From: Ignicoccus hospitalis KIN4/I
GTDB taxonomy: Archaea; Thermoproteota; Thermoprotei_A; Sulfolobales; Ignicoccaceae
Reading direction: 5' to 3'
DNA: 32,000 bases
Assembly (NCBI RefSeq): GCF_000017945.1
Contig: NC_009776.1
Span: forward strand, 60,001-92,000
A model generated the notes under the pieces. That model did not search any database, was not told the origin of the DNA, and worked only from the letters and a program-made list of their open reading frames with translations. Position numbers and translations under genes: made by a program. Below, piece by piece: positions 8,725 to 16,715 of the stretch (positions are counted from its first letter, which is position 1; each line of letters opens with the position of its first letter).

Positions 8725-9644
8725 ACTATTACTGCCCACCTCTCGGGCTCGAGCTCCCAAGATGGGTCCAAGAAGTCGGGAGCCCAAGCCCCGGCCCTCT
8801 TATTGAAGAACGGCGACCCCACGCGCGTGAACACGCTCACCACCCTCTTCCTATGGAAGAACTTGACCCCATCCACTGGCGTGTGTCCCCTTACTACGTA
8901 ACTCACCTCGAGCGCTTCCAACAGGTAACGCGTGGCCCCCGGCCCCCAGAGGAAGCCCCTCCCCCTAGGCGAGGGGGCCCAACAAGCCTCCGGCCCGTCC
9001 TCCCAGCCGCATATGTTAGCCGGGTCGTTCCACAGAATCTCTTCCACTACCTCCGCCCGAGGCTCCCCGAAGACGCACTCGAGCCCCCTGCACCCCCTAC
9101 GCAAGAGGACCGTAGCCGGTCCCCCGTGGTAGGCCACGACAGCTCCGTCGACAACTAAGGCGAAGGGCAACGCCTCGAAGACCGACCTCGCAGCCCTCAG
9201 CACATCCTTCCAACCCTTGAACCTCTTGGCTAAGTGTTGGGGGAAGTCGTGGGGGAGCGGCTCCAGCCCCCTGTAAGGCTCGTGGTTTCCCCTCAGCACG
9301 AATACCTCGGAGGGCCTCCTAGCCTTGAGGGACAACACTAACAACAAGGTTTCTAGCTGCTTAGGCCCCCTGTCCACGTAGTTGCCTAAGAACACCAGCT
9401 TGTAGTTCTCCAGAACTTCTTTCAAACCTAAAACGTTCCAGACGTCGTATACGCTCACCAAGTCCCCGAAGAGGTCGCCGTGGAAGACCGTACGAGCGTC
9501 GGGCTGGGTCACTACGAAGGGCCACTCTCCTTCGAGGTGCTTCTTAGCCTCCTCGAGCAGTTTAGTTACTTCGTCCTCGGTTAGGGTCTCTACCGCCTCC
9601 GCGAAGGCCCCCAAGTCTTCTATTGGTAGGTCTTCTAACTTCAA
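8721..9644 (-). CDS. PPP-family serine/threonine phosphatase (calcineurin-like), divergent metal motif
   Basis: 307 aa; GNYVDRG, LRGNHE, AYHGG, VVRGHTP; motif I is FHGDLFGD rather than GDxHG. Confidence 0.9.
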   Translation of the reverse strand: MKLEDLPIEDLGAFAEAVETLTEDEVTKLLEEAKKHLEGEWPFVVTQPDARTVFHGDLFGDLVSVYDVWNVLGLKEVLENYKLVFLGNYVDRGPKQLETLLLVLSLKARRPSEVFVLRGNHEPYRGLEPLPHDFPQHLAKRFKGWKDVLRAARSVFEALPFALVVDGAVVAYHGGPATVLLRRGCRGLECVFGEPRAEVVEEILWNDPANICGWEDGPEACWAPSPRGRGFLWGPGATRYLLEALEVSYVVRGHTPVDGVKFFHRKRVVSVFTRVGSPFFNKRAGAWAPDFLDPSWELEPERWAVIV

Positions 9645-9863
9645 GCCCCACCACGCTCCGAGGGTCCCATCGCGGTAATCTCTTCATCGCGCGAGCTCGA
9701 GGGGGGCAAGTCGTTGTCATCCCCCGGTCGCTCTCCTTTGGGCCTTAATTCGTTGACGGCAAGAAGCGCGCGGCCGAAGGGGGTAGGGGGCGCAGCTGAA
9801 GGGGGTCTTCCAGTACAGCTGCACCCAGCCCGGGAACACTTTGACCCTTATCTCGTGCCACCC

Positions 9864-11686
9864 TCAGTTTAGCTCCAAGCTGCCGAAGTAGCTCGCATGT
9901 ACGAAGTCTTGCATGACCTCTACCCTCTTGGTGGGTTTTAAGGTAATGTTATCTATCCTTATCTCCAGGACCGAGGGCGAGCCGTAGAAGGCGTAGGTGC
10001 CATTTACGTCCACGTAAATGTATCCTTCAAGCCACGTTATGTTGTTTATGCCGTATTTGGGTACATAATCGTAAAGCGCCGGGACGAGCTTCCCGTCCTC
10101 GCTTGACAGCCCGTACTTAGCTCTGAACAGCTTGGTCCCGTTTACGTTTTTGTTGGTCTCAACAATTACGAAAGTTCCGTTGTTCAGCCAGATTACCCTT
10201 TTGTTGAGGAGGCTGTTAAGTTTAGCTAGCTTAGTTAGGTTCATAATAAACACGTACCCGGCGTCTCTGACCATTATTGCTTCGTTGACCACCTCGCTCC
10301 ATATGTACTTAGGGATGTCCATAGTCCTCACGGTTCCGTACATGTTCACGAAGACGCGGGCGTTCAGCCAAGTAGTTAGGATTGCAGCTATCTTCTGGGG
10401 CGTTAGGTGGGCGTTCCAGTACCAGTCCTTCATAGCCATGTTACCGGTGTGGTCCGGTTTGTACTTACATGAGAAGAGCGCCATCAAGGTGTCGGGCACG
10501 CTGACCCTCTCGCCGGGCTTCAAGTACTTGGAGGCCACCTCGTAGAGCTCTAGCGCTTTCCAGAAGCAATGTAAGTTGTTGGGGGCTATAGGCCGGTAAG
10601 TGGTCAGTGACATCCACGGGTATATGGGGTAAGGTGCCGGCTTTCCCTCAGAGGCGTAGTAATAGTAATACTCGTATATCATTGCCCAGTAGGCCAGGGG
10701 GTCGGCGACGGCAGCTAGGGCCAGCACTAAGGCCAGCTGAGCTCCCCACACCCCTGCGCACAAGTAATTCTTCAGCTTGGACGTGTTCAATATTGCTGCT
10801 ACAACCATCATGGTTATCAAGAACACTGGGTACTGGAAGCCGTACCAGAACTTGAACTTGTACCACGAAGTGGTGAACAAGAAGTTCAAGAAGTCCGGGA
10901 GCCAGAGCAACGCGTTGGCGTTGGGGACCAACGCGGGAACACGCTGAGCAGAGCGACTACTAGGAACTGAACCTTCACGTCGTTAAACCTTGCGGAGGAC
11001 TTCTCGAAGAAGATCGCCCACCTGTCGAACTGAAGGTGTACTAAGCCTAACTCGAGTATGAGAGCCAACAGCAGCGGCGCGGCCACTAGGACCAGGAGAA
11101 CGAAGGCCTTCTCTACGTTGTGCTTTACCTTCTTGGTAGCGACCCTCCATAACATTACGCCCAGCAACGGGAACGCGGCTGTCTCTTTGAAGAGAATTGC
11201 AAATATCATCAAGAAATAGCCCTTCAAGGGGGAAGTATCTAACACCAGATATCTGACGCCGAGGGCTATCAAGGGAAGCGCGTAGGCCTCGGGGTGTATA
11301 TCGAAGCTCACTATCCCGTGCATGGCCGGGTGGAGGGCGTAGGCCAACGAGGCGACTAGGGCTAACTTCCAACTCCCCAGCAGTTCGCGGGCAAGGGCGT
11401 AAACGGCATACGTCGCTAGCCCCAGCCCCACGCCTTGAAGGAAGGCCAAGGTAGCTACGAACAACCAACAAGGCAATACCATACATAGAGGCTTGAAGAG
11501 CAATAGGGCGTAAGAAAAGTGGACATTTAGCACGCCCTTGTGATGGGGGTACTGACATATAGCCAAGATAGACGTGGGAGCGTCGCCGTAGAACCTGAGG
11601 TCTAGGAACCTCAGCACGGAATAGCTCCCAAATACCACGGAAATTAAAATAATGTAAGTCGGCAAGGCCAACTTGCGTAGTTGCAC
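9864..11686 (-). pseudogene. Polytopic membrane protein (DUF2079-like) split by a frameshift
   Basis: ORF 11686..10886 (N-terminal TM part) and ORF 10931..9864 (C-terminal part) are in different frames and overlap; one extra C near 10935-10937 joins them as ...LLSVFPALVPNANALLWLPDFLNFL... Confidence 0.65.
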
Positions 11687-11689
11687 CGG

Positions 11690-12067
11690 TCACACCCCGT
11701 TGGAGCCCGGGTAGACTATTGGATAGACGGCCCCCTTCAACTTCCTCAACGTTTCCAAGACAGATACCTCTTGACCGTTTACGTTTATTAACAAAATGAC
11801 ATACTTACTCTTCATTATCACACATGCGAAAGCGGGCGCTTCTAGCGGCTCCAGAGCTCTAACTACCTTCTCGAGCTCGCTCGCGGGGGCTATCACCACA
11901 AATATAGTTGCTTTGTTTGGATCTTCAAGGGCTTCCAAATAGTTAATGAAAGCAGACGTAGCCATCTCTATTACTTTGGACCTCGATACGTTCAACCTTT
12001 CCGCAACTTCGTCTAAGCGCTCCGCCAATTCCTTTGGTAACGCCACGCCGAACCTCACGTTGGCCAC
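11690..12067 (-). CDS. Ribbon-helix-helix transcriptional regulator, NikR/CopG-like architecture
   Basis: 125 aa; RFGVALPKELAERLDEVAERLNVSRSKVIEMATSAFINYLE RHH domain plus a C-terminal alpha/beta domain. Confidence 0.75.
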   Translation of the reverse strand: MANVRFGVALPKELAERLDEVAERLNVSRSKVIEMATSAFINYLEALEDPNKATIFVVIAPASELEKVVRALEPLEAPAFACVIMKSKYVILLINVNGQEVSVLETLRKLKGAVYPIVYPGSNGV

Positions 12068-12128
12068 TCAAACCCCGAGCAAAGGGAGACCCAAGTTCGG
12101 ATTTAAAATTTTAAAATTATTAACTCTC

Positions 12129-12323
12129 TTACCCTACTTCCAGCACCCACCAAGATATGACCAACGCGGAGAGTACGACCGTTAAGACGTTTGTCCACTT
12201 GGCCAGTTGAGGGAACTTCAGAATCAAGGCTAGGAAGTTGCCCACTTGAGATATTATCCCTATAGCTGTTAACAAAAGGACTGCAGCTATCGTGACGCGT
12301 AGCGCGTCAGCCACCCTCTTCAC
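12129..12323 (-). CDS. Small two-helix membrane protein
   Basis: 64 aa: two hydrophobic segments; overlaps the gatE 3' end by 17 nt in the same direction. Confidence 0.55.
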   Translation of the reverse strand: MKRVADALRVTIAAVLLLTAIGIISQVGNFLALILKFPQLAKWTNVLTVVLSALVISWWVLEVG

Positions 12324-14220
12324 CCAGTTCTTTCAATAGCCTCTTTACGGTTTCGGCTACGACCTTCCCGTCGACCTTGCCCCTAAGCTCGGCCATCGCT
12401 TTCCCCATGACCAAGCCGAAGCTCCTTTCTACTCCCCTCTTCTTTATCTCCTCTATGTTTTGCTGTATTACCTTCTTCACTACCTCTTCCACGTTGATCT
12501 GGCTAGCCGTGACGAACTCCTTCAACGCCTCTTCCACACTAGCTCCACCCGCGACCTTGCGGAGGACCTCCGGAATGGCTTCCTTAGCTACCTTACCCTC
12601 CGCGACTTCGTCTAGGACCTTCTCTATCGCTTCGTCGGAAATCTTGTCAGTCTCGAGTCCTTCCCTCTCCAACTCCCTCAAGGTGTCCACTACGGTCCTA
12701 GCCACCAAGTTGGCACTCAGCTTGTTTTTGTACTTTTTGATGAGTCTGTAGGCCAAATCGAAGCGTTCGCTGGATATGACCTTCTCTGCCATGTCCTTTG
12801 AAAGTTTATAGTCAGTGATCAATTCCTGGATTAATTCTATAGGGTTCTTCGGCTTCAGCTTCTCCGCTTTAGTTAGCATGTCTTCAGTGACCACTATCGG
12901 AGGCACGTCGGTTTCGGGATACATCCTCGCGGAGCCCGGCCTGGGCCTCAAGAACCGGGTCGTCCCGTCGGGGTTCGCGGCCCTAGTCTCCTCCGGCACC
13001 CCTTTGAGGGCGTACGCAGCCCTCTCCTTGACAGCTTCTAAGGCCTTCTTCGCGTCGGGCGGCGGCGCTATTACCATCACGAAAGCGTCTTCTTCGCCGC
13101 ACCCCAAGGCCTCTTTCAAGTCCTCTACCTCGTCTTCGGAGATCCCGTAGCCCGGGAGCTCGTCGCTGTGAATTATCCCCCCTACGCCCGCCCAGAACCT
13201 AGCGTAGTCCGCGAGCTCCGTTCCGAACCTCCGGTTCGGCTGGACCTCTTTCCCGAGGAGGCCCTTGAACTTGGGAAGTTTAATTGCATAGACTCTGCTG
13301 CCCTTGGATAACGACCTCTTGATCAACTTGCTCTCAGTATCCTTGAATATTTCAGTTACGTCCTTAATTGGTTGGGAGAGGATTTCTTCCTCTTTTACCC
13401 CCCTTCTCTTCAGCTCGTCCCTTATCTCGAGCAGCCTCAACTGTCTGATTACTTCGTACTCTACGACCTTGTCTATTATCTGGAGCTTCTGAACGCCCTT
13501 TATCTCTGTCTTGGTGCCTCCCTTAATGGAGACGTTGAGGTCTTGCCTTATTGTGCCCAAGCCCCTCTTTACCCTTCCGGTGAGCCTCAACATCTGGCCT
13601 ATTCTCAACGCTACCCTCTTGGCCTCTTGGGGAGAGGTTATCGTAGGCTCCGTGGCTATCTCTATTAAGGGTATTCCCAAGCGGTCCAAGTTAAACACGG
13701 TAACCTTTTCCTTCTCTTCCACCTTCCTCGCCGCGTCCTCCTCTACGCATATTGTTTCTATTCCTATCTTCTTGTCCCCTAAGTTTAGCTCCCCTCCGAG
13801 GGCTACCAACATAGTCCTTTGGAAGCCGGACGTGTTGGAACCGTCTATTACCATTTTCCTCATAACGTGAATTTCGTCAATTATTTTCGAATTGAATGCC
13901 TTGGCAATGGCCAACGCAATGATTATTGAATCCCGGTCGGCTTCGTGGGGCGGCTCTTCGTCCGCTTCCACCAGACAAGAGTGCCCCACCGGTGCCCTGT
14001 AGACGTAAGTCCTACCCTTCTTCCATTCGAAGAGGGCCGCCACGTCTACCTCGCCCAGCTCGCTCCTTACCGGCCTCAGCCTCCTCTCTATTACGTCGAA
14101 GTCCTCTTCTTCCTCGGCCAGCTCGGGCTTGCAGTGACAGAAGAGCTTTCTTTCTGTCTTCAGCTGCTGGTGGATCTCTAGGCCTACCTTTAAGCCCAGC
14201 TCCTCGTAGTTCAGATTCAA
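12307..14220 (-). CDS. gatE: Glutamyl-tRNA(Gln) amidotransferase subunit E
   Basis: 637 aa; LGLKVGLEIHQQLKTERKLFCHCKPEL..., VTEPTITSPQEA-like, TRFLRPRPGSARMYPETDVPP, C-terminal YqeY-like tail. Confidence 0.96.
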   Translation of the reverse strand: MNLNYEELGLKVGLEIHQQLKTERKLFCHCKPELAEEEEDFDVIERRLRPVRSELGEVDVAALFEWKKGRTYVYRAPVGHSCLVEADEEPPHEADRDSIIIALAIAKAFNSKIIDEIHVMRKMVIDGSNTSGFQRTMLVALGGELNLGDKKIGIETICVEEDAARKVEEKEKVTVFNLDRLGIPLIEIATEPTITSPQEAKRVALRIGQMLRLTGRVKRGLGTIRQDLNVSIKGGTKTEIKGVQKLQIIDKVVEYEVIRQLRLLEIRDELKRRGVKEEEILSQPIKDVTEIFKDTESKLIKRSLSKGSRVYAIKLPKFKGLLGKEVQPNRRFGTELADYARFWAGVGGIIHSDELPGYGISEDEVEDLKEALGCGEEDAFVMVIAPPPDAKKALEAVKERAAYALKGVPEETRAANPDGTTRFLRPRPGSARMYPETDVPPIVVTEDMLTKAEKLKPKNPIELIQELITDYKLSKDMAEKVISSERFDLAYRLIKKYKNKLSANLVARTVVDTLRELEREGLETDKISDEAIEKVLDEVAEGKVAKEAIPEVLRKVAGGASVEEALKEFVTASQINVEEVVKKVIQQNIEEIKKRGVERSFGLVMGKAMAELRGKVDGKVVAETVKRLLKELGEEGG

Positions 14221-14249
14221 GTAGACCCCTCCTCCGTGCCCGACCTCGG

Positions 14250-14258
14250 GATATAAGG
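14250..14258 (-). promoter_or_regulatory. Probable TATA box for gatE
   Basis: Reverse-strand CTTATATCC about 30 nt upstream of the gatE ATG. Confidence 0.4.
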
Positions 14259-14401
14259 TGTGTCACGGGGCCCGCGCCCCGTCGTAGTAGGCCTTAATGA
14301 CGAGGGGATGAGCTAGAACTTCCGGCAGCGAACGGTGAGCGACTCTGCCAGCGGCGACCCCCTTTAAGCGTCAAAGCCCATCTGGCTAACGGAACGTCGA
14401 G

Positions 14402-15472
14402 TTGTTGTACGCGCGCTACCCCTTCGTTGGCAGCGTATCCAAGCTTTCTAAGAGGATGTTTGGCGTCGAGATGGACGTAGAGGAACTGCTTGACCTATAT
14501 CCAAATGCCATTGATTTAGCTAAAGCGATGGTAGAGGGGAGGGGTCCAGCCGAAGACGCCGGTTGTGACGACTTGTGTGCGGTCTTGGCTTACAGAATAG
14601 CCTTAGTCCTCGTAGCGGCTGCCAGAAGCAATTGGTTGAGGAACAACTTTGCAGTAAACGTAGCCAAGCGTGCGAGCGAGTTCTTTAAGAAAGAGGGCAT
14701 AGAGACCGTCGTAGGGGTGTTGAAGGCCTGCGGCTTCTGGGCGGAAGTCTTGAGGGAACCCTTGAGGGTGCCCTTGAGGCAACAGAGGGGAGCGGTCTAC
14801 GCCGAGGAGTACTTGGTGAGGACGACACTAATGGATTACGTCAGGTTGGCCAAGAGGTTCCTCAGCGACCCCACTTGGAAGGTGGTTAACAAGGCCTTGT
14901 TAGGAGGCTTCGTCTACTTAAAGGAGGAGGAGCTGCGGAGGCTTGCAGAAGAAGCGGTCGTAATTAAAGTTCTCGAAGACTTGAGGGAACTCGGCGACGT
15001 CGACCCCCAAGCCTTGCCAGAGAGGTTCAAAGGGGTGCTGGAGGAGCTCAAAACGAAATACATGGCGAAGAGAAGTAGCGCGGATATCAAGATAAAGGGG
15101 TTCGAGCCGAGGGCGCTTCCTCCGTGCGTCCGTTCGATTTACGAGAGGGCCCTCCAAGGGGATAACCTCTCGCATCAAGAGAGGTTCACACTAGCTACGT
15201 TCTTATTGAACGTAGGTAAGGACGTAGAAGACGTATTGGAAGTTTTCAAGAACATGCCCGATTACAACGAGCGCATAGCGCGTTACCAAGTGGAGCACTT
15301 GGCGGGCCTCAGAGGCTCACATAAGAAATATTCTCCACCTTCGTGTAAGACTTTAGTCTCGTGGGGACTGTGCCCAGGAAAAGACGAGTGTAAGGGCGAT
15401 CACCCGTTGAAGGAGTACTGGAGGAGGCTCCGCAGGCTCACCAAGGCTCCCTCTCGGGAACCACGACCTTAA
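14402..15472 (+). CDS. priL: DNA primase large subunit (Fe-S)
   Basis: 356 aa; ARYPFVGSVSKLSKRMFG, DIKIKGFEPRALPPCVRSIYERALQGDNLSHQERFTLATFLLNVG, Cys residues PPSCKTLVSWGLCPGKDEC. Confidence 0.92.
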   Translation: MLYARYPFVGSVSKLSKRMFGVEMDVEELLDLYPNAIDLAKAMVEGRGPAEDAGCDDLCAVLAYRIALVLVAAARSNWLRNNFAVNVAKRASEFFKKEGIETVVGVLKACGFWAEVLREPLRVPLRQQRGAVYAEEYLVRTTLMDYVRLAKRFLSDPTWKVVNKALLGGFVYLKEEELRRLAEEAVVIKVLEDLRELGDVDPQALPERFKGVLEELKTKYMAKRSSADIKIKGFEPRALPPCVRSIYERALQGDNLSHQERFTLATFLLNVGKDVEDVLEVFKNMPDYNERIARYQVEHLAGLRGSHKKYSPPSCKTLVSWGLCPGKDECKGDHPLKEYWRRLRRLTKAPSREPRP

Positions 15473-16121
15473 CCCCCAAGGCCTCGGCCAACTCCTTGAA
15501 CCTCAGAGCATCATCTATCGAACCCACTATAGTTCCCCAATGCATGGGTATTGCTACTTGCACTCCCTTTATTATCTTCAAGGCCTCCGCCGCCTCTTCG
15601 GCGGTCATGACGTACACGCCCGAGACGGGTAACATGGCGACGTCCGTCACGACCTCAGCCATCTCCGGGATAACGTCGGTGTCCCCAGCGTGGTAGAAGG
15701 TCACCCCTCCTAGCTCGAAGACGTAGCCGACCCTCCCGTCCTCCTTAGGGTGGAAGACCACGCCCGGCGCTCTGAACTTGTTCACGTTGTATGCCGGAAC
15801 CGTGCGAAACTTGACGCCTACTACTTCACCCTCTTCGAAGGGGGCCACGAATACTTTCTCGTTAGGGAAGACTGACAGACAGTCCTCAGCTATCGGCGGC
15901 GCGACTATTACGGTCTCCGGGGATATGACTTGCGCTATGTCCTTGGGCGAGCAGTGGTCGAAGTGCTCGTGGGTAATGAACAAGACGTCCGCCTTCTGGT
16001 TGCTGGCCGAAACTATTCTGAAGGGGTCTATAGCGACGGTCAGCTCGCCGTCGGTGAGCTTGAAGCCGTCGTGGCCCAGCCACGAGACCTCGACTCCTTC
16101 TATGTATATCATCGGGCTCAC
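15438..16121 (-). CDS. Metallo-beta-lactamase fold hydrolase, UPF0173 type
   Basis: 227 aa; VSWLGHDGFKLTDGELTVAIDPF, FITHEHFDHCSPKD, TFYHAGDTDVIPEM, IPMHWGT. Confidence 0.93.
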   Translation of the reverse strand: MSPMIYIEGVEVSWLGHDGFKLTDGELTVAIDPFRIVSASNQKADVLFITHEHFDHCSPKDIAQVISPETVIVAPPIAEDCLSVFPNEKVFVAPFEEGEVVGVKFRTVPAYNVNKFRAPGVVFHPKEDGRVGYVFELGGVTFYHAGDTDVIPEMAEVVTDVAMLPVSGVYVMTAEEAAEALKIIKGVQVAIPMHWGTIVGSIDDALRFKELAEALGVKVVVPEREPW

Positions 16122-16161
16122 TCGTTACCTAAACTTTCTGAAAAGGTAATGTATAGGGGGC

Positions 16162-16518
16162 TCACTTGGCCCCTTCCTTTGGAATTATACATATGAAGCG
16201 GAGGACCTCGTCTCCGGTGTTCTTGTAGTAGTGCTTGGAGCACGGAGGTATGTACAGAACGGTCCCGGGCCCCACTTCGTACTCTTCCCCGTTTATTCTT
16301 ACTATCCCTTTACCGTTAAGCACGAATATCTCGTGCTCCCAAGGGTGGGAGTGTTCGAATATTTCGCCTCCAGGCTCGACCTCGAAGACCCTCAAGTAGA
16401 ACGTAGGGGCCTCCCCGGGCCCTATGACCCAGCGGATAGTGGTCTTGGTGGCGACCTCACGGGGGACCTCCTTTGCTTCTACCTCATCCCACTTGACCAC
16501 CTTCGGCTTACAGACCAC
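16162..16518 (-). CDS. Cupin-domain protein
   Basis: 118 aa; EVEPGGEIFEHSHPWEHEIFVLNGKGIVRINGEEYEVGPGTVLYIPPCSKHYYKN. Confidence 0.9.
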   Translation of the reverse strand: MVCKPKVVKWDEVEAKEVPREVATKTTIRWVIGPGEAPTFYLRVFEVEPGGEIFEHSHPWEHEIFVLNGKGIVRINGEEYEVGPGTVLYIPPCSKHYYKNTGDEVLRFICIIPKEGAK

Positions 16519-16565
16519 GGCTTCCCCTTACGCTTTTACGAGCTTTGGGTTAAAGCTGGAGTTGG

Positions 16566-16648
16566 GCCCCGCCGTTCCCGGCGACGGCTGGGAGGCCTCG
16601 ACGCCCGCTCCAAGCGGGCGGATGGGCAACCCGCCTCCACGGCGGGGC
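16566..16648. other. GC-rich intergenic structured element (nested stems, possible ncRNA or cis element)
   Basis: GCCCCGCCGT (16566-16575) is fully complementary to ACGGCGGGGC (16639-16648); GGAGGC (16591-16596) to GCCTCC (16633-16638); CGCCCGCT-CCA-AGCGGGCG (16602-16620) forms the apical hairpin. Confidence 0.5.
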
Positions 16649-16677
16649 ACACGTCACTTTCGGCCCTCGCCGGCCAA

Positions 16678-16686
16678 CTATAAACC
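16678..16686 (+). promoter_or_regulatory. Probable TATA box for the large ATPase gene
   Basis: CTATAAACC in a GC-rich intergenic region, about 30 nt upstream of the start codon. Confidence 0.45.
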
Positions 16687-16715
16687 TTGGGTAAGCTACG
16701 AAGACGACGGTAACG

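Noticed and set aside
12815-13870. Long open frames antisense to gatE (e.g. 12815-13150, 13511-13870 +)
   Set aside because: Gene-shadow ORFs opposite a clearly conserved 637-aa CDS; low-complexity Ser/Pro/Thr composition typical of antisense frames.
16566-16651. Calling the structured element a tRNA or a standard H/ACA sRNA
   Set aside because: No T-loop or anticodon arm, and no unpaired 3' pocket between outer and inner stems (16638/16639 are adjacent).
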